Shown here: positions 60,626 to 64,000 of the stretch, one piece after another | Numbering within the stretch: position 1 is the first letter of the stretch | Layout of the letters: each line of letters starts with the position of its first letter | Assembly (NCBI GenBank): GCA_045545875.1 | Contig: JAZQBS010000022.1 | Coordinates: 845-64,844, forward strand | Reading direction: 5' to 3' | Source of the DNA: Bacteroidales bacterium | GTDB taxonomy: Bacteria > Bacteroidota > Bacteroidia > Bacteroidales > UBA3663 | Length of the DNA stretch: 64,000 nucleotides | Program-made: the position numbers and the translations under genes | The notes under the pieces: generated by a model | Databases searched by the model: none | What the model was told of the DNA's origin: nothing | What the model saw: the letters and a program-made list of their open reading frames with translations, nothing else

Positions 60626-60633
60626 GCAAAGAT
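60626..60633 (-). promoter_or_regulatory. -7 promoter box (TATCTTTG on the minus strand) for tRNA-Leu
   Basis: Exact match 18 nt upstream of the mature tRNA 5' end. Confidence 0.5.
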
Positions 60634-60671
60634 ACAACAAAAATTTGGAACTTCCAAATATTTTCGAAAAA

Positions 60672-61796
60672 TTATTCACTTTTGGTCGTATCTCGCAGTG
60701 CTCGAGTATTCCGTATGATATATTGGCGTGCCGCTTCGATGATGTCATCGCGATGATTCTGGTATGCCGACACACTATCCATATCGACTTTGAGACCAGG
60801 AGATGGATCGATGCCCGACTCGGTGCTGTTTCCATCAGGATCGGTCATTGGGCACGCTGAGAAACGAATAGACCAGCCATTGGGCAAGACACTTTCGAAA
60901 GGCAGGCCCGAGCCGCCTCCTGTACGATCGCCGCAAATCTTAATCATCTTGGGGAAAAGAATACCGAGCGTATCGGGTGTCATCGTTCCATCGAGGGCAC
61001 GCATAAGCTGCACGAAGTTGTTGGCAGCGCTGAAACAATGGCGATTGGTCAGAATCACCACTGGACGTACCGAAGCATCCCACATCATCCGATCGTCGGC
61101 AGGTTCGATATAGAGAGGTTCTGCCTTGGAAAAGTCGTTGTGACCACGTCCAGTCTTATGACGGATGTAACCACTCAGCGTCTTCTCGGTGGCAAAACGC
61201 TCGGCCAACGTGACAGCATTGGACAGCGAGCCACCTCCATTGTTGCGAATATCGAGTATCAATCCATTGGCATTGCGGATGAGAGCAAGGATATAGTCGA
61301 GGTTCGTTGCACCGATGGCACTGTTGAACGAACTGTAACGAACATAAGCCACCGAGTCGCGACGATACATCACATACTGCATACCTGCCGTGTACCAGTA
61401 ATTCGTGCCAAGATAATATTCACGAATCAGGTTGTCGTCGTAGTTGGTGGGATAATCCTCATACCACGACCAATAGCGAGCAATATTGAAAGGAGTATAG
61501 ACGTTTATGTGGCCGTCGCGCAACGTGTCAACCATCTCGTCGAGCACATTGAAAAGCTCGAACTGTGTCTTGATGGAATCTTTGAAAAGAGGAGCATATT
61601 TGCGATGAACACCCTCCCAATCGACACCCTTCTCATCGAAGAAGCAATAATGCTCATCAAGTGTCTGCCAGAAGGCTTCGAAGTTGCCACGCAAACTATC
61701 GTCCTGCTCCAACTGGTCATCGTCGAGACAAGCGGTGAAGAGGCAGCCTGCCGACAACAAGCAACAAAGAGCTGTGAACCATGAACCCTTAACCAT
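60672..61796 (-). CDS. S41-family C-terminal processing (tail-specific) peptidase, lipoprotein
   Basis: It has the S41 motif LILDIRNNGGGS and the lipoprotein signal MVKGSWFTALCCLLSAGCLFTAC. I prefer the fourth in-frame ATG (61796). The three upstream ATGs (61862, 61838, 61817) lie inside the heptamer repeat. Confidence 0.8.
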   Translation of the reverse strand: MVKGSWFTALCCLLSAGCLFTACLDDDQLEQDDSLRGNFEAFWQTLDEHYCFFDEKGVDWEGVHRKYAPLFKDSIKTQFELFNVLDEMVDTLRDGHINVYTPFNIARYWSWYEDYPTNYDDNLIREYYLGTNYWYTAGMQYVMYRRDSVAYVRYSSFNSAIGATNLDYILALIRNANGLILDIRNNGGGSLSNAVTLAERFATEKTLSGYIRHKTGRGHNDFSKAEPLYIEPADDRMMWDASVRPVVILTNRHCFSAANNFVQLMRALDGTMTPDTLGILFPKMIKICGDRTGGGSGLPFESVLPNGWSIRFSACPMTDPDGNSTESGIDPSPGLKVDMDSVSAYQNHRDDIIEAARQYIIRNTRALRDTTKSE

Positions 61797-61862
61797 GAAC
61801 CGTGAACCACGAATCATAAACCATGAACCCTTAACCATGAACCGTGAACCATTAATATGCAT
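61773..61862. repeat. CCATGAA heptamer repeat (~12 copies) overlapping the 5' end of the S41 peptidase gene and the 3' end of the upstream gene
   Basis: The sequence is TGTGAAC CATGAAC CCTTAAC CATGAAC CGTGAAC CACGAAT CATAAAC CATGAAC CCTTAAC CATGAAC CGTGAAC CATTAAT. If translated it gives the 7-aa repeat GSRFMVK/GSWFMIR. Confidence 0.85.
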
Positions 61863-62775
61863 CGTAGGGCGAACGTTTTAGAAGACTTGCCTTGCGGCGA
61901 CTGAATGGCAGGTACTGATAAACCCAGCCGATAACGAACTCAAAACTGCTGTAGCGCGTGGTGATATCATTGATGTCCATCGTCTCGATGTGATACGAGC
62001 CGCCCAGACGCAAGATGGAATCGAAACTGCGGAACCACGGGATAATAGCCAACGGGAAATCGACTGCCAGTTGCACGTCAACATCCTGCTGGTTATGAAG
62101 CGAAGTAAAATGGAGGATGTTGCCCGACGTATTGAGATAGAACGTCTCGTAATAACTGGCCCCATATTCCGGGCAGAAGCCCATACCAAGCAGTGGAGCA
62201 TGCGCCTGTAGCATTACCTTCATACCTTGTGCCCATGGCGTCTGGAACTTGTAGCTAACGGCGCCAGCAGCTCCCAGATTGGTGGTGATTCGAGCCGTGG
62301 CAGGATTATTGGACGATCCCATCTTCAAGTTGTAGTCAAAGCCGAGATCAACGCCAGCATAAGGACCCAGGTAGAAAGACCAGGGGGAACCGAAGGACTC
62401 CGAAGGGTTCGAGTGGTTCGAAAAGTTTGAAAGGTTCGAAAGGCTTTCGGACCAGCGATGCAGAACGCCATAGCGATAACGCAGACGACCTGTCCACGCC
62501 TCACTATTGTGTCCATGGTCTTCGCCTGTCGAGAACATGATGTCGGCCTGCTGCCAAGAAGTCCAAACCGGATTGCGATGCATACGCCAACGTTGCCCTT
62601 CAAGGCTGATGGAACTTCCAGTATAAAGAAGTGGGGTCAGATAGGTGTCGCGCATCTTCCCCTGGCCGATGCGCAGGGAAAGGATATTGGTAACGGGTCG
62701 TGGCAACTCATCCTGTGCCCAAACAGACACAGGAATGAACAATAACGCCCACACCAGGAGGAGGAATCTTTTCAT
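61852..62775 (-). CDS. hypothetical outer-membrane-like protein (signal peptide, beta-rich, C-terminal aromatic residue)
   Basis: 307 aa with signal peptide MKRFLLLVWALLFIPVSVWA. Alternating hydrophobic patterns suggest beta strands. It contains an in-frame GGTTCGAA-word insert encoding SLSNLSNFSNHSNPSESF. Confidence 0.55.
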   Translation of the reverse strand: MKRFLLLVWALLFIPVSVWAQDELPRPVTNILSLRIGQGKMRDTYLTPLLYTGSSISLEGQRWRMHRNPVWTSWQQADIMFSTGEDHGHNSEAWTGRLRYRYGVLHRWSESLSNLSNFSNHSNPSESFGSPWSFYLGPYAGVDLGFDYNLKMGSSNNPATARITTNLGAAGAVSYKFQTPWAQGMKVMLQAHAPLLGMGFCPEYGASYYETFYLNTSGNILHFTSLHNQQDVDVQLAVDFPLAIIPWFRSFDSILRLGGSYHIETMDINDITTRYSSFEFVIGWVYQYLPFSRRKASLLKRSPYDAY

Positions 62776-62781
62776 CGGTTT

Positions 62782-64000
62782 TCAGAACAATGTTTCAGTA
62801 TCATTAGGAGTTTCCTCTTCCTGTTCTTCCTCTCCTTCCTCAACCTCCGGGACATCGACGACTTCCGGCACTCTGGTTGGCTGGATTTCCTCGATGCTTG
62901 CCACCTTGTAAGGCGTAATCTTCTTGCCCTTGGTATTGATGCTGCGGATTGGTATAAACTCGTCAGCATCGACCTCGATGGCAGGACGGAACTGGTCGGG
63001 CTTGCCAAACGTGATGCGGAAACGCGGATAAGGTGTGTCGATGACAAGGGGTTGCGGCTTTGGAGCCTCAGCCGTCTGCGACTCAGTTACTACCGATTCG
63101 TTCTCCTCACTTTCAGTGACTTCGGGAACATAAAGCAGACCTGTGGCCAACTTGAAGCGCTTCACGTCACCCAGCATATTCTGCTTGCTCGCACGTGCAT
63201 CGAGCAGCGAACGCTTCAGGTTGTAGCATTTCATCTCCTTGTCCCAAAGGATGAAGGTCCAAACCTTCTGCGGATCATATTTCTCGACACGGAGCACGTT
63301 CGACTCAAAATGTACGGTCTCTTCGAAAGTGGAGATGTAGTAATCCCAGTTGTCAAGGATGACGAGTACTCGGTCGTCGCCAAGGAATTCGCCAAGATAC
63401 TGTCCCTGCTTGTTGTAATTGATACGTTGCACATCGGGATCCCACCATACGGGTCGTCCACCGAGCGTAGAACCTCCCTTCGAAACAAGTTGAATCTTCT
63501 GCACATCGGCCTTGGTGAGCAGGTTGCCCTTCACACCACGACCCTTAATGGGCGTCTCCGCAAAGTCACGTTCGAAGTTGACAACCTTCGAATTGCGAAG
63601 TTTCGACTTGATGAACACCTTGATGACTTCGGCCTCACCATTCTGGTTGGCGCTGAAATAGGCAATGCGCGAACCCTCCTTGCCCTGCGTGATATCATAG
63701 ACCTTGTCGCGCATCACCGAAGTGATGGCAAAGCGCTTGATCATATGCGGGCCTCCCTTGCCGTCGCGATAGACGACATTATAGATGGTGCGATTGTCGT
63801 TCTTGCGATAGACGTTGAGATAAAGCACGTCCTTGCCGACATAAACCTTCTGATCGACCTTCATCACTTTGTACTGTCCGGTCTTGTAGATGACAAGGAC
63901 TTCGTCGATCTCCGAGCAGTTGCAGACAAATTCCGATTCGGACTGCTTGAGGCCTGTGCCGATGAATCCTTCGGTCTTGTTGAACCAAAGTTTCATATTC
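62782..64000 (-). CDS. parC: type IIA topoisomerase A subunit (ParC/GyrA-like), C-terminal domain and acidic tail; the gene continues beyond the window
   Basis: The ORF is open to the window edge. Repeated beta-pinwheel-like blades (...KGRGVKG..., ...GGRPVWW...) and an acidic C-terminal tail are typical of Bacteroidota ParC-like proteins. No GyrA box was seen in the visible part. Confidence 0.6.
   Translation of the reverse strand, partial: NMKLWFNKTEGFIGTGLKQSESEFVCNCSEIDEVLVIYKTGQYKVMKVDQKVYVGKDVLYLNVYRKNDNRTIYNVVYRDGKGGPHMIKRFAITSVMRDKVYDITQGKEGSRIAYFSANQNGEAEVIKVFIKSKLRNSKVVNFERDFAETPIKGRGVKGNLLTKADVQKIQLVSKGGSTLGGRPVWWDPDVQRINYNKQGQYLGEFLGDDRVLVILDNWDYYISTFEETVHFESNVLRVEKYDPQKVWTFILWDKEMKCYNLKRSLLDARASKQNMLGDVKRFKLATGLLYVPEVTESEENESVVTESQTAEAPKPQPLVIDTPYPRFRITFGKPDQFRPAIEVDADEFIPIRSINTKGKKITPYKVASIEEIQPTRVPEVVDVPEVEEGEEEQEEETPNDTETLF

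Noticed and set aside
60325-60756. ORFs 60325..60657 (minus) and 60373..60756 (plus).
   Set aside because: Both run through the tRNA-Leu gene and its promoter, and show no protein-like features.
1-64000. I searched for IS elements, transposases, integrases, toxin-antitoxin pairs, restriction-modification genes and cas genes.
   Set aside because: No ORF in the window shows a recognisable DDE or serine/tyrosine recombinase, methyltransferase or Cas motif. The only exception is the very weak remnant at 2104..2385. The repeat families have no associated coding capacity within this window.

Overview
This is a 64-kb chromosomal segment of a Bacteroidota genome, probably Prevotellaceae-like. Supporting signs are three SusC/SusD polysaccharide utilisation loci (PULs), hybrid two-component regulators (HTCS), a T9SS C-terminal sorting tail and many exact TAnnTTTG -7 promoter boxes. 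All family calls come from motif recognition by eye; no database search was possible. Layout: (1) 1-2.6 kb is a strikingly AT-rich, probably foreign patch. It holds the 3' end of a CHAT-domain gene, a CHASE2-like membrane protein and a small secreted protein in one tight operon. (2) 4.1-20.8 kb, minus strand, is a fructan utilisation locus syntenic with the Bacteroides thetaiotaomicron BT1754-BT1763 paradigm. It contains an HTCS with a periplasmic sugar-binding domain, SusC, SusD, a surface lipoprotein with a duplicated module, a LamG-GH32 with a non-canonical nucleophile motif, a canonical GH32, an MFS sugar transporter and a PfkB fructokinase. (3) Two DUF4230-like small proteins follow. (4) 22.5-33.5 kb, plus strand, is a SusC/SusD/GH2/HTCS locus. 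(5) 33.9-40.4 kb is the histidine utilisation operon ftcD-hutU-hutH-hutI, in which ftcD carries a 1-nt frameshift. (6) Next come a LytTR two-component pair, argB and manC. (7) 44.7-58.7 kb, minus strand, is a pectin/rhamnogalacturonan-type locus: two CE12-type esterase genes, a Ser-type sulfatase, a 1389-aa GH28-like + GH106-like fusion, SusC and SusD. (8) The window ends with a T9SS-tailed secreted protein, a 42-nt tandem palindrome array (8 full + 1 partial copy), tRNA-Leu(UAG), an S41 peptidase, an outer-membrane-like protein and the 3' part of a type IIA topoisomerase A-subunit gene. The most unusual property is not a gene. Many of the non-coding spacers are built from tandem, degenerate 7-11-nt words, most with palindromic cores (GGTTCGAA/GGTTCTGAA, AGGGATATTT, GGGAGTAAAA, TTAACAATTAA, TCTAGAnnn, CCATGAA). 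These often form long inverted repeats (purine-rich arm, loop, pyrimidine-rich arm) between cistrons, and the same words are inserted in frame inside several genes. The GC-rich body almost completely avoids TTA/CTA/TCA codons, so the long antisense ORFs in the track are shadows.
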